Positions 9,570 through 18,414 of a stretch of 64,000 nucleotides of DNA are shown here, in pieces. Under the pieces are notes generated by a model, which ran no database searches, was not told where the DNA came from, and saw only the letters and a program-made list of their open reading frames with translations. Source of the stretch: Parcubacteria group bacterium GW2011_GWC1_45_14 (GTDB taxonomy: Bacteria; Patescibacteriota; Minisyncoccia; Moranbacterales; GWC2-37-73). The first letter of the stretch is position 1, and each line of letters opens with the position of its first letter. The stretch is taken from NCBI GenBank assembly GCA_001001345.1, contig LCKI01000001.1:339-64338 (forward strand). Reading direction: 5' to 3'. Both the position numbers and the translations under genes were made by a program.

Positions 9570-9776
9570 ATGTCAGTACCAAAGCAAAGACACACCAAAA
9601 CCAGGCGCGACAGGAAAAGGAAGCGTTTCGAACTCAAACCGGTCGGAACGCAGGTTTGTCCTAAATGCGGAAAACCGATGTTGCCTCACAGGGCTTGCGG
9701 ATCTTGCGGATATTACAAGGGAAAAGAAGTCGTTAACACCGTCAAAAAAGCGACGAAGAAAGCTGCTAAAAAATAA
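9570..9776 (+). CDS. rpmF: 50S ribosomal protein L32
   Basis: MSVPKQRHTKTRRD..CPKCG...PHRACGSCGYY zinc ribbon. Confidence 0.96.
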   Translation: MSVPKQRHTKTRRDRKRKRFELKPVGTQVCPKCGKPMLPHRACGSCGYYKGKEVVNTVKKATKKAAKK

Positions 9777-9781
9777 AAATA

Positions 9782-9858
9782 AAACGCATAACGCGTAGCG
9801 TGAAGCGCATGACGTAAGAAGTTTACGTTCCACGTTTACACGTTCCACGCTTTACGAT
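9782..9858. repeat. 7-mer periodic hairpin element between rpmF and nusB
   Basis: AACGCAT/AACGCGT/AGCGTGA units followed by ACGTTCC/ACGTTTA/ACGCTTT units. Confidence 0.55.
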
Positions 9859-9862
9859 AAAC

Positions 9863-10369
9863 ATGGCGAACCGGCACCTTCAAAGATCGATAGCGATGCA
9901 ATCCCTTTTCGAGTGGGATTTCAAGGGAAAAAAAGATGAGATGATCGGAGAGATCATCGATCGCAACGTGCACGAATTCGCGCCGGGAGTCAGCGAAGCT
10001 TCTTTCGTGGAGAAATTGTCCAGGGGAACGGTCAGTCATCGCAGCGAAATAGACCCTATAATCGAGAAATGCGCTCCAGAATGGCCGCTTGAGCAGGTGA
10101 CAGTGGTTGACAGGAACATTTTGCGTTTGGGTATCTTCGAGTTGATGTACGGAAATTACGACGAGGTTCCTCCGAAAGTGGCCATCAATGAGGCGATCGA
10201 GCTTGCCAAGACCTTCGGCGGTGAAAGCAGCGCCAGGTTTGTCAACGGCGTCCTTGGAACCATCTATCGCGAATTGGGCGAGCCGATGAAGGACGACGTT
10301 TCAAAGAACCACAAGAAGGAAGAAAAAGAGAAGGATACGGAAACTGAAATAGTTTCCGAAGCGAAGTAA
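9863..10369 (+). CDS. nusB: Transcription antitermination factor NusB
   Basis: [39 protein letters not shown]. Confidence 0.96.
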   Translation: MANRHLQRSIAMQSLFEWDFKGKKDEMIGEIIDRNVHEFAPGVSEASFVEKLSRGTVSHRSEIDPIIEKCAPEWPLEQVTVVDRNILRLGIFELMYGNYDEVPPKVAINEAIELAKTFGGESSARFVNGVLGTIYRELGEPMKDDVSKNHKKEEKEKDTETEIVSEAK

Positions 10370-10380
10370 ATACTTAAAGT

Positions 10381-10489
10381 CCTAATTTCAAATTTCAGAT
10401 TTCAAATCAAATCCTGATATTCAAACCTTCTGGTTTTGATAGCTGGCATTTATTTGACGATTGGCATTTGGATTTTGGAATTGAAATTC
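10381..10489. repeat. Empty 7-mer periodic hairpin element between nusB and rnc
   Basis: ATTTCAA units-TCAAATC...ATTTGGA/ATTGAAA units; same architecture as 4056-4175. Confidence 0.55.
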
Positions 10490-10490
10490 C

Positions 10491-11174
10491 ATGATTGAAT
10501 CTTTGTCCAAGAGAATCGGTGTCGAATTCGCCGAGATCTCGCTTTTGCAACAGGCCGTTACGCACAGATCATATCTTAATGAAAATAGGGATTATAAACT
10601 CGACCATAACGAACGGCTCGAATTTTTGGGTGACGCCGTTTTGGAGCTTATCGTGACGGAACATCTTTACAATAATTATGACAACCCGGAAGGCGAGCTC
10701 ACCGCTTGGAGGTCGGCATTGGTGAACGGTGAAATGCTGGCGGTCATCGCCAAGGGCCTGGGAGTGGAGGATTTCCTTATGATGAGCAAGGGGGAGAGCA
10801 AAGACACCGGCAGGGCGCGTCAATATCTTTTGGCCAACGCCATGGAAGCTATCATAGGGGCTATTTATATAGACCAGGGGTATGAGAGCGCGAAGAGATT
10901 CGTTTTGGATAACGTCGTGGTCAAACTTAAGGAGATTTTGGAAAACAAGCTTTATCTCGATGCTAAAAGTTATTTCCAGGAAAAAGCGCAGGAGAATGAA
11001 AAAGTGACGCCTTCATATAGGGTCATCAAGGAATGGGGGCCTGACCATGATAGGCATTTTGTCATAGGTGTTTATTTGGGAGAGAAGTTGGTGGCCGAAG
11101 GGGAAGGTACTTCCAAGCAAGAGGCGCAGCGGGAAGCCGCCAAGAAAGGATTGGAGGTCAAAGGCTGGCTATAG
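10491..11174 (+). CDS. rnc: Ribonuclease III
   Basis: NERLEFLGDAVL signature, A.EA.IGAIY.D, C-terminal dsRNA-binding domain. Confidence 0.97.
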   Translation: MIESLSKRIGVEFAEISLLQQAVTHRSYLNENRDYKLDHNERLEFLGDAVLELIVTEHLYNNYDNPEGELTAWRSALVNGEMLAVIAKGLGVEDFLMMSKGESKDTGRARQYLLANAMEAIIGAIYIDQGYESAKRFVLDNVVVKLKEILENKLYLDAKSYFQEKAQENEKVTPSYRVIKEWGPDHDRHFVIGVYLGEKLVAEGEGTSKQEAQREAAKKGLEVKGWL

Positions 11175-11365
11175 CGTATTTCGGTATCTTTGGAAGTCGG
11201 CGGATTTTTTCCGTCGACTTTTTTAATTTCCAGCCGCCTTTTCAGTTTGCAAATCGCATCAAAAAGGGGTAAAATTAAACCATAAACTGTTTGAATCATC
11301 AATTTATTTCAAGTATTCCATAAGCTGTTATTTAAGAAATAGCTCAAAAAAATAAAAAACAAAAA

Positions 11366-11426
11366 TTCACCCTGTGAAATCCCCGACGAGTCGGGGTCCG
11401 CCTCCAGCGGAATTTCACAGGGTAAA
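11366..11426. repeat. Three-way-junction repeat, copy 2
   Basis: TTCACCCTGTGAAAT-[CCCCGAC/GTCGGGG]-[CCGC/GCGG]-ATTTCACAGGGTAAA, 11 nt before the next ATG. Confidence 0.88.
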
Positions 11427-11437
11427 AAACAAACAAG

Positions 11438-13033
11438 ATGTACGATATTTTGATAAAAAACGGCACGATCGTGGATGGCACAGGCAATCCGATGTATAAG
11501 GGGGATGTGGGCATAAAGGATGGATTGATCAAGGAGATAGGAGATTTGCATAACGAAAACGCGGAAAAAATCATCAATGCCTTGGGGAAATTGGTTGTCC
11601 CGGGGTTCGTTGATGTGAACAATCATTCCGATACTTATTGGCGAATTTTTATTGATCCGAATCTGGAAAGCTTGCTTCATCAGGGAATCACGACGATAGT
11701 AGGCGGGAATTGCGGATCATCCCTGGCTCCCCTGGTCAACAAGGATATTATCAAATCCATCCAAAAATGGGTCGATATCAAAGGGGTCAATCTTAACTGG
11801 CTTTCGGTTGGGGAATTTCTTGATGAGATAGAAAGACGGAAATTGCCGGTTAATTTCGCTACGCTCGTGGGGCATGGAACATTACGCCGGGGAATCATCC
11901 AGGATGAGGTCCGCGATCTCACTTCGTCCGAAATAGACATGATGGAGAAAATGCTCAAGGATGCGATGAAGGACGGGGCTATCGGCTTCTCCACGGGTCT
12001 TGTTTATACGCACGCAAAACGCGCTTCGCAAGACGAGATAATGCGCTTGGCCGAGGTGGTCAAAAAATACGAAGGAGTGTATACCACGCACGTCCGCGGT
12101 GAATCCGGAGAACTTATCGACGCTGTCGAGGAGGCGGTCAATATCGCCCAAAAGACTGGGGTGAAGCTCCAGGTTTCGCATCTTAAGGCCATGGGAGAGA
12201 GGCATTGGCATTTGATGGAAGAGGCTGTCAATCTGATCGAGACTGCTAGGATGAGCGGATTGGATATCAATTTCGACGTCTATCCGTATACCGCGACCGG
12301 GTCTGTTTTGTATATTCTGCTTCCGGACTGGGTTGCTGAAGGAGGAAAAAAACTCATGCTGCAAAGACTCAAGGATCCGGATATCAGGGCTAGGGCGATC
12401 AAGGAGATGAAGGAAGACGCCTTTGATTATTCTAAAATCGTGATTTCTATTTCCCCGTTAGACAAGACGCTGCGAAAAAAGAGTATCGCTGAAATAGCTA
12501 AAAGCCAAGGGAAAGGCATTGAGGAGGCTATAATCGACACCCTGATCGCCAGCGAGGGAAGAGTGGTTACCATGATGGAGGTCCTTAGTGAGAAAAATGT
12601 CAAAAACGCTATCCAAAATCCTTTTTCGATCATATCTTCTAATGGTAGCGGATATTCCATCGATCACCAGCAAACCGGAGAACTCGTGCATCCTAGGAAC
12701 TTCGGTTCTTTTCCGCGCGTGCTTGCTAAATATGTGAGGGCAAAGAGTCTTTTGAGTTGGGAGGAAGCTATCCGCAAGATGAGCGGGCTTCCGGCGGAAA
12801 AATTCGGCATAAGGAAAAGGGGAATTATCAAGGTGGATAATTTCGCGGATATCGTGGTTTTCGATAAAAACAATGTCGAGGATCTGTCCACGACCGACAA
12901 CCCGTACCAATATTCGAAAGGTATTGACTGGGTGGTCATAAATGGTAAGGTGGTAATTGACGAAACGAGGCTTACTGAAGCCAGGCCGGGTGCGGTCCTG
13001 CGGAGGGAGTCAAGGTCAATCTTTGAATTTTAA
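11438..13033 (+). CDS. N-acyl-D-amino-acid deacylase family amidohydrolase (atypical active site)
   Basis: IKNGTIVDGTG, PGFVD..H, GITT...GNCG, GFSTGL.Y, H.R.E, SHLK, DVYPY, HPRNFGSFPRVL, ADIVVFD. Confidence 0.88.
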   Translation: MYDILIKNGTIVDGTGNPMYKGDVGIKDGLIKEIGDLHNENAEKIINALGKLVVPGFVDVNNHSDTYWRIFIDPNLESLLHQGITTIVGGNCGSSLAPLVNKDIIKSIQKWVDIKGVNLNWLSVGEFLDEIERRKLPVNFATLVGHGTLRRGIIQDEVRDLTSSEIDMMEKMLKDAMKDGAIGFSTGLVYTHAKRASQDEIMRLAEVVKKYEGVYTTHVRGESGELIDAVEEAVNIAQKTGVKLQVSHLKAMGERHWHLMEEAVNLIETARMSGLDINFDVYPYTATGSVLYILLPDWVAEGGKKLMLQRLKDPDIRARAIKEMKEDAFDYSKIVISISPLDKTLRKKSIAEIAKSQGKGIEEAIIDTLIASEGRVVTMMEVLSEKNVKNAIQNPFSIISSNGSGYSIDHQQTGELVHPRNFGSFPRVLAKYVRAKSLLSWEEAIRKMSGLPAEKFGIRKRGIIKVDNFADIVVFDKNNVEDLSTTDNPYQYSKGIDWVVINGKVVIDETRLTEARPGAVLRRESRSIFEF

Positions 13034-13039
13034 TAGCAA

Positions 13040-13151
13040 CTCTAATTTACGAATAAACACCCTAATGACCCTAATGGGTTTTTCATTCGAGTCATTCGAG
13101 TGACCGCTGACACCATTAAGGATGGAAGCGGATTCGAGTCATTAGAGTCGC
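13040..13151. repeat. 9-mer periodic inverted-repeat element between the deacylase gene and murD
   Basis: ACCCTAATG units followed by CATTCGAGT/CATTAGAGT units. Confidence 0.5.
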
Positions 13152-13160
13152 TTTATCAAT

Positions 13161-14558
13161 ATGAATCCATCTTTTTTCAAAAATAAGAAAATAACCGTTT
13201 TCGGACTCGGCCTTCACGGCGGAGGAGTTGGCACGGTTAAGTTCTTGGTCGCCAACGGAGCCAAGGTTATCGTAACCGACATCAAAACGAGGGAGCAATT
13301 GGCATCCTCTTTGGATAAACTTAAGGGGTTGAAGAACGTCGAATATATCTTAGGGCAGCACCGACCGGAAAATTTCACCAAAGTGGATATGGTCATCAAA
13401 ACGCCTCCAGTCCCCTGGACGGACAAGAACGTGAAGCTTGCCCTGGACGCGGGCGTGCCTGTCGAGGGCGATTCGAGTCTTTTTTTTAAGCTCTGTAAAA
13501 ATCCGATCATCGGAGTGACGGGATCGAAAGGCAAGACGACCACGGCGGTTTTTATTTATGAAATCCTTAAGTCTGCCGGAAAGCATGCGGTCAAAGTCGG
13601 AATCGGACAGACTTCGGTTCTGGATAAATTGGCTTTGCTCAAGAAGGATTCCGTCGTGGTTTTCGAGCTTTCCAGTTGGAGGCTTTCCGCGTTGGGTAGA
13701 TATAACCTCAGCCCCCAGATCGCAGTTTTTAAAAATATGCTTCGCGACCATCTCAATTATTACAAGACGATGGAAGCCTACATGAAGGACAAGAAAAATA
13801 TTTTCCTTTTCCAGAAGCCCAAGGATTGGTTGGTTATCAATGAGGATGATGAGCTGGTGAGGGAGGCGGCCAAGGAGGCCAAATCTCAGATATTCAGATT
13901 TTCCTATAATCCCGTTGAAAAAAACAAAGCCGTATTTATCGACAACGACGCCATCTTCCTTAATAACGGTATAGACGTGAAGAAGTTGATTTCGCTTTCC
14001 GAGATAAAGATTCCGGGAAGGCATAATCTTTCCAATATCATGGCGGCGATCTCCGCTTGCTATGCGTTCGGCATCGCTGCGGCGGAAATAAAAAAGGCGG
14101 TCCCTGACCTTAAGGGTGTTCCGCACAGATTGGAGTTTGTGCGAGAGTTCTCCGGGGTGAGGTTTTATAATGATACGGCGGCGACTATCCCGGATGCTAC
14201 CATTTCAGCGCTTAACTCCTTTGAGGCCCCGATCACCTTGATTGCCGGTGGCACCGACAAGGGATTGGATTTTGCCGAGCTTGGAAAGGAAATTGTTCAG
14301 AAAGCGAAAAACGTCATCCTGCTCAAGGGCAATGCGACCGACGATCTTCTGATAAGGATTAGGAAGAATTTTCCCGAAGGACAAGAAAAAGAAATAGAAA
14401 TCGTGGACTCGATGGAAGAAGCTGTTGGGAAAGCTGTCGAGGTGGCTACGGCGGGGGATGTCGTCTTGCTTTCCCCGGGCGCGGCCAGTTTCGGGCTGTT
14501 TCTTAATGAATTCGACCGAGGGGAGAAATTCCGCGAAGCGGTGAATAGGTTGAAGTAG
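13161..14558 (+). CDS. murD: UDP-N-acetylmuramoyl-L-alanine--D-glutamate ligase
   Basis: G.G..G N-terminus, GVTGSKGKTTT, ELSS, DHL, HRLE, YND..AT, LLSPGAASF..F..EFDRGE.F. Confidence 0.95.
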   Translation: MNPSFFKNKKITVFGLGLHGGGVGTVKFLVANGAKVIVTDIKTREQLASSLDKLKGLKNVEYILGQHRPENFTKVDMVIKTPPVPWTDKNVKLALDAGVPVEGDSSLFFKLCKNPIIGVTGSKGKTTTAVFIYEILKSAGKHAVKVGIGQTSVLDKLALLKKDSVVVFELSSWRLSALGRYNLSPQIAVFKNMLRDHLNYYKTMEAYMKDKKNIFLFQKPKDWLVINEDDELVREAAKEAKSQIFRFSYNPVEKNKAVFIDNDAIFLNNGIDVKKLISLSEIKIPGRHNLSNIMAAISACYAFGIAAAEIKKAVPDLKGVPHRLEFVREFSGVRFYNDTAATIPDATISALNSFEAPITLIAGGTDKGLDFAELGKEIVQKAKNVILLKGNATDDLLIRIRKNFPEGQEKEIEIVDSMEEAVGKAVEVATAGDVVLLSPGAASFGLFLNEFDRGEKFREAVNRLK

Positions 14559-14567
14559 GATTTATTT

Positions 14568-14686
14568 GGCCGTGCCGCGTGATCATGAGTGAACGTTCTT
14601 CTGCGTACCCACGTAAAATAATTTCTGTTGAAATTATCACGTGGCTCGCGAAAATCATTCACAAATGAACTCATGATTTTACGCGG
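14568..14686 (-). repeat. Orphan copy of the nested hairpin found upstream of GIY-YIG gene 50863
   Basis: Reverse complement starts CCGCGTAAAATCATGAG and ends CTCATGATCACGCGGCACGGCC, identical to the ends of 50766-50881. Confidence 0.85.
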
Positions 14687-14846
14687 TTGCTTTTTGGGAA
14701 AAAGTGTGCTATAATGGATATACGAAGGTAAATGAAGGGTGTTTCTCCGTAAGGGGAGCCCTTTTTTGCTTTTATATGGCCCTCCTTCGCACGAGGCTTC
14801 GGGCGGGTAAAAAGAAAAATGAATATTTCAATAGAAAACGGTTCTT

Positions 14847-14909
14847 TTTACCCTGTTAAATAATCCTGCTTGGGCGGGATTGCCGCTTAACGGCATTTAA
14901 CAGGGTGAA
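14847..14909. repeat. Three-way-junction repeat, copy 3
   Basis: TTTACCCTGTTAAAT-[AATCCTGC/GCGGGATT]-[GCCG/CGGC]-ATTTAACAGGGTGAA. Confidence 0.88.
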
Positions 14910-14927
14910 CAAAAATAAATACAAAAA

Positions 14928-14985
14928 TTCACCCCTGTTAAATTGCGCTTGTAGCGCACCGGCCTTGCCGGATTTAACGGGGCAA
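14928..14985. repeat. Three-way-junction repeat, copy 4
   Basis: TTCACCCCTGTTAAAT-[TGCGCT/AGCGCA]-[CCGGC/GCCGG]-ATTTAACGGGGCAA. Confidence 0.88.
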
Positions 14986-15308
14986 GAAAATTCCGCCAAA
15001 AAGCGGAAAAACCATCATAAAGGCTAGATTCCTCGCCTTTGTCCCTTCGAGGGACTCAACATGAAAAAGAATCCTGATTTAAAAGGATTCTTTTTGTTTT
15101 TTCTGCGCGTTTTTCCGTGGCTGAGCGCGGTGGGATTTGTCTTGAAAAAAACATAGGAGTGCGGTACACTGGGCGTATGCCCGGATGGGTGGTTTTTGAG
15201 GTTACAATAGGAATTGTTGAGAGTTTTTGAAGGTAGTATAGGATAACAATAACTTCGTTATAAATAATTCCTTCGGGGGGAAACCTGAGACGGAATTTTG
15301 AAAAATAT

Positions 15309-16577
15309 ATGGATTATTTCGTCATCAATGGGGGCAAAAAACTTGCCGGTGAAATCGAAGTGCGCGGAAGCAAAAATGCGGCCGCCCCGATAATCGCGGC
15401 GACGCTCCTGACCAAGGAGCCTTGCGTGCTTTCCAATGTCCCGCTTATTGAGGATATCTTCAAGCTTCTTGAAATCATCAAGAGCATGGGAGCGGAGGTG
15501 GAATGGGTCGGGGAAAGGAAAGTGAAGATCACCGCCAAGGATTTGGACGTGGAGAAGATAGATTACGAACTGGTCAAGAAAATCAGATTGTCCGTGCTCC
15601 TGCTGGGATCGCTTTCGGCGCGTTTTGACAAATTCGAGCTGGCTAATCCTGGCGGATGCAAGATCGGCAAAAGGCCATTGGGAACACATTTCCATGCGCT
15701 GGAGGAATTGGGAGTCAAAGTTACTCAGGATGAGAAGTTTTATCTGGTGGATGCGAGCAAAAGGAAGGATGCGCAGATAATCTTGAGGGAGTTTTCCGTG
15801 ACTGCGACCGAGATTGCTATGATGCTCGCTGCCGGAATGCCGGGAAAGACGATAATCAAGATCGCTGCAGCCGAACCGCACGTGGAGGATTTGGGGAAAT
15901 TCCTGATCAGGATGGGCGCGAAGATAAAAGGCCTTGGGACGCACACTTTGGAAATCGAAGGAACCAGGAAACTTGACGGTGCAAAACACGAAATAATTCC
16001 GGATGCCAATGAGGCGGCGACGTTCCTGATCATGGGAGTCGCGACCAAGAGTCCGATTATCGTCAAGAACGCGCGCGAAGAACATTTGGATTTGGTGTTG
16101 GAGAAACTGCGCGAGATGGGAGCGGAATTTTTGGTTAGGAAAAATGAGATCCAAGTAATTCCGGCAAAAAAAATCAAGGCTCTTTCTAAAATCGATGCTA
16201 GGATTTATCCCGGAATTCCGACCGACGATCAAGCGCTGTTCGGCGTTTTGGCGACGCAGGCTGAAGGTGAGACTTTGGTATTCGATACGCTTTTCGAAGG
16301 AAGGTTTAATTATGTGACGGAGATTGAAAAGATGGGAGCGACCGTGAAAGTTCTCAACCCGCACCAGGCCGTCTTTACGGGACCGACGCCGCTTCGAGGG
16401 GAAACGATCACGAGCTATGACCTGCGTGCCGGAGCCTCGCTGATTTTGGCCGCGCTTTTGGCGAAAGGACAATCCGTGATCAAGGAGATTTACCAAGTCG
16501 ATCGCGGTTATGAAAAAATAGAGGAGAGGTTGCAAAAATTGGGAGCGGACATCCAAAGGGTGCCGGAAGGGGAATAG
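15309..16577 (+). CDS. murA: UDP-N-acetylglucosamine 1-carboxyvinyltransferase
   Basis: GSKNAA, PGGCKIG.RP (catalytic Cys), SVTATE, AAEPHV, YPGIPTD.Q, DLRAGASL, DRGYE. Confidence 0.96.
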   Translation: MDYFVINGGKKLAGEIEVRGSKNAAAPIIAATLLTKEPCVLSNVPLIEDIFKLLEIIKSMGAEVEWVGERKVKITAKDLDVEKIDYELVKKIRLSVLLLGSLSARFDKFELANPGGCKIGKRPLGTHFHALEELGVKVTQDEKFYLVDASKRKDAQIILREFSVTATEIAMMLAAGMPGKTIIKIAAAEPHVEDLGKFLIRMGAKIKGLGTHTLEIEGTRKLDGAKHEIIPDANEAATFLIMGVATKSPIIVKNAREEHLDLVLEKLREMGAEFLVRKNEIQVIPAKKIKALSKIDARIYPGIPTDDQALFGVLATQAEGETLVFDTLFEGRFNYVTEIEKMGATVKVLNPHQAVFTGPTPLRGETITSYDLRAGASLILAALLAKGQSVIKEIYQVDRGYEKIEERLQKLGADIQRVPEGE

Positions 16578-16582
16578 AAAAA

Positions 16583-17394
16583 AATTTCTAATTTCCATTT
16601 TTTAATTTTTAATCAAATCTAAATTTTAAATTTTCAATGGGATGAAAGTGTGGAAAAAGAAAAAATTGACCGGTAAATATGGCAAGATCCAGGAGACAGT
16701 TGAAAAGGAACTTTCCTGCAGCGCGCACAATATTGACCACACTATGCGTGTTTATAATATGGCTCTCAATATTGCCAAACAAGAGAGAGATGTTGATTTG
16801 GACGTATTAAAAATGGCGGCGCTTCTTCATGATATTGCGAGAGTGAAGGAGGATGATGATAAAACTGGAAATGTTTGCCATGCCGAGGAGTCATCTAAGA
16901 TGGCGGAACCGATTTTGAAAAATTTGGGATATTCAGCAAATAAGATCGGAGATATAAAGCACTGTATCTTGTCTCACAGACACAGGACGAATAATAAGCC
17001 GGAGAGCATCGAAGCGAAAATACTTTTTGACGCCGATAAGCTGGATTCATTGGGGGCTATTTTCATGATAAGGGCCGGAGCGTGGATGGCTCGCCATAAT
17101 TGTCCGATTTTTCCCCAAATGGGTTTGAAAAAATACATAAAAATCAACCTGATTGGAGAAAAAGAAGATGGGAGGATAAAGGATCCAAGCAAGCATAGCT
17201 TGTATTACGAATTTGAAATAAAGAATAGGAAATTACCACAATTGATGTTTACGAAGACCGGTAAGAAGATCGCGCGGCAGAGGCTGAGATTCGATGAAAT
17301 ATTCCTAGATAGATTAGCAAAGGAAGTGGAGGGAATTTTATAAAATTTGGTCATTGGAAATTGTTTAGGAATTAGAAATTAGTAATTAGAAATT
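16583..17394. mobile_element. 7-mer periodic inverted-repeat element enclosing the HD-domain gene
   Basis: Left arm AATTTCTAATTTCCATTTTTTAA..TCAAATCTAAAT (16583-16638); right arm TTTGGTCATTGGAAATT..AATTAGAAATTAGTAATTAGAAATT (17346-17394). Confidence 0.5.
16642..17343 (+). CDS. HD-domain metal-dependent phosphohydrolase
   Basis: H..DH..RV, AALLHDI, HA..S, SH, EAKILFDADKLD.LGA. Confidence 0.9.
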   Translation: MKVWKKKKLTGKYGKIQETVEKELSCSAHNIDHTMRVYNMALNIAKQERDVDLDVLKMAALLHDIARVKEDDDKTGNVCHAEESSKMAEPILKNLGYSANKIGDIKHCILSHRHRTNNKPESIEAKILFDADKLDSLGAIFMIRAGAWMARHNCPIFPQMGLKKYIKINLIGEKEDGRIKDPSKHSLYYEFEIKNRKLPQLMFTKTGKKIARQRLRFDEIFLDRLAKEVEGIL

Positions 17395-17403
17395 TTTTAT
17401 CAT

Positions 17404-18411
17404 ATGTTCATCAGAAAAATGGGAATTGATTTGGGGACGGCGAACACCTTGGTGTTCGTTCCGGGAAGGGGGATTATCATAAACGAGCCGTCGGTGGTGG
17501 CGGTTTCATTAATCGATAATACCGTTTTGGCCGTGGGCAACGAGGCTAAGGAGATGCTCGGAAGGACGCCGGACACGATCGTGGCGTCGCGTCCGATGAA
17601 AGACGGCGTTATCGCGGATTACCGCGTGACGGAGGCGATGCTCCGTTATTTCATCAACAAGGTCAGCGGGAAAGTGCGATTCTTCAAACCCGAAATTATG
17701 ATTTCGATTCCGGCCGGAGTGACGTCGACGGAAAGAAGGGCGGTGGTGGACGCGGCGGTGAAGGCGGGAGCCAAGTCGGCCTATGTCGTGAAGGAGCCGC
17801 TCCTGGCGGCTATCGGCGCGGGAATCCCGATCCATAACGCGCAGGGGAACATGATCGTGAATATCGGAGGGGGAACTTCGGAAATCGCGGTTATTTCTTT
17901 GGGTGGGATCGTCGTGGCTAACAGCGCCCGCGTCGGAGGAAACAAATTCGACCAGGCCATTTCTGATTATATCAAGAGAAAGTACGGGTTGGCCGTTGGG
18001 GAAAGGACTGCGGAGGAAATCAAAATTGAGATCGGCAGCGCCATCGCCCAGGTCAAGGAGGAATACATGGACGTCAGGGGCAGGGATCTTATGGGTGGGT
18101 TGCCAAAGACGGTGAAGATTTCCTCCAATGAAGTGACGGAGGCTCTGCAAGACGAGCTCCGCGAAGTCATAAACGCGATCAAGAAAGTTTTCCAGGATAC
18201 GCCCCCTGAGCTTGCTGCGGACATCATGGACAAGGGGATGGTACTTTCCGGAGGAGGAGCTCTTCTGCGCAACCTTGATCAGCTCATCACTAAGACGATC
18301 GGCGTTCCTTGTTACGTGGCTGACGATCCTCTTTTCTGTGTGATTAAGGGAACCGGAATCTCGTTGGACAACCTGGAACTTTATAAGAGGACCATAATGC
18401 TTTCGAAATAA
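17404..18411 (+). CDS. mreB: Rod shape-determining actin homolog MreB/Mbl
   Basis: IDLGTANT, NEPSVVA, RPMKDGVIAD, IGGGTSE, IKIEIGSA, LSGGGALL. Confidence 0.95.
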   Translation: MFIRKMGIDLGTANTLVFVPGRGIIINEPSVVAVSLIDNTVLAVGNEAKEMLGRTPDTIVASRPMKDGVIADYRVTEAMLRYFINKVSGKVRFFKPEIMISIPAGVTSTERRAVVDAAVKAGAKSAYVVKEPLLAAIGAGIPIHNAQGNMIVNIGGGTSEIAVISLGGIVVANSARVGGNKFDQAISDYIKRKYGLAVGERTAEEIKIEIGSAIAQVKEEYMDVRGRDLMGGLPKTVKISSNEVTEALQDELREVINAIKKVFQDTPPELAADIMDKGMVLSGGGALLRNLDQLITKTIGVPCYVADDPLFCVIKGTGISLDNLELYKRTIMLSK

Positions 18412-18414
18412 AAT

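Noticed and set aside
15258-16598. 446-aa ORF antisense to murA, and similar long antisense ORFs at 18532-19593, 20461-21345 and 61564-62481
   Set aside because: They shadow well-supported genes on the other strand and have no recognisable motifs.
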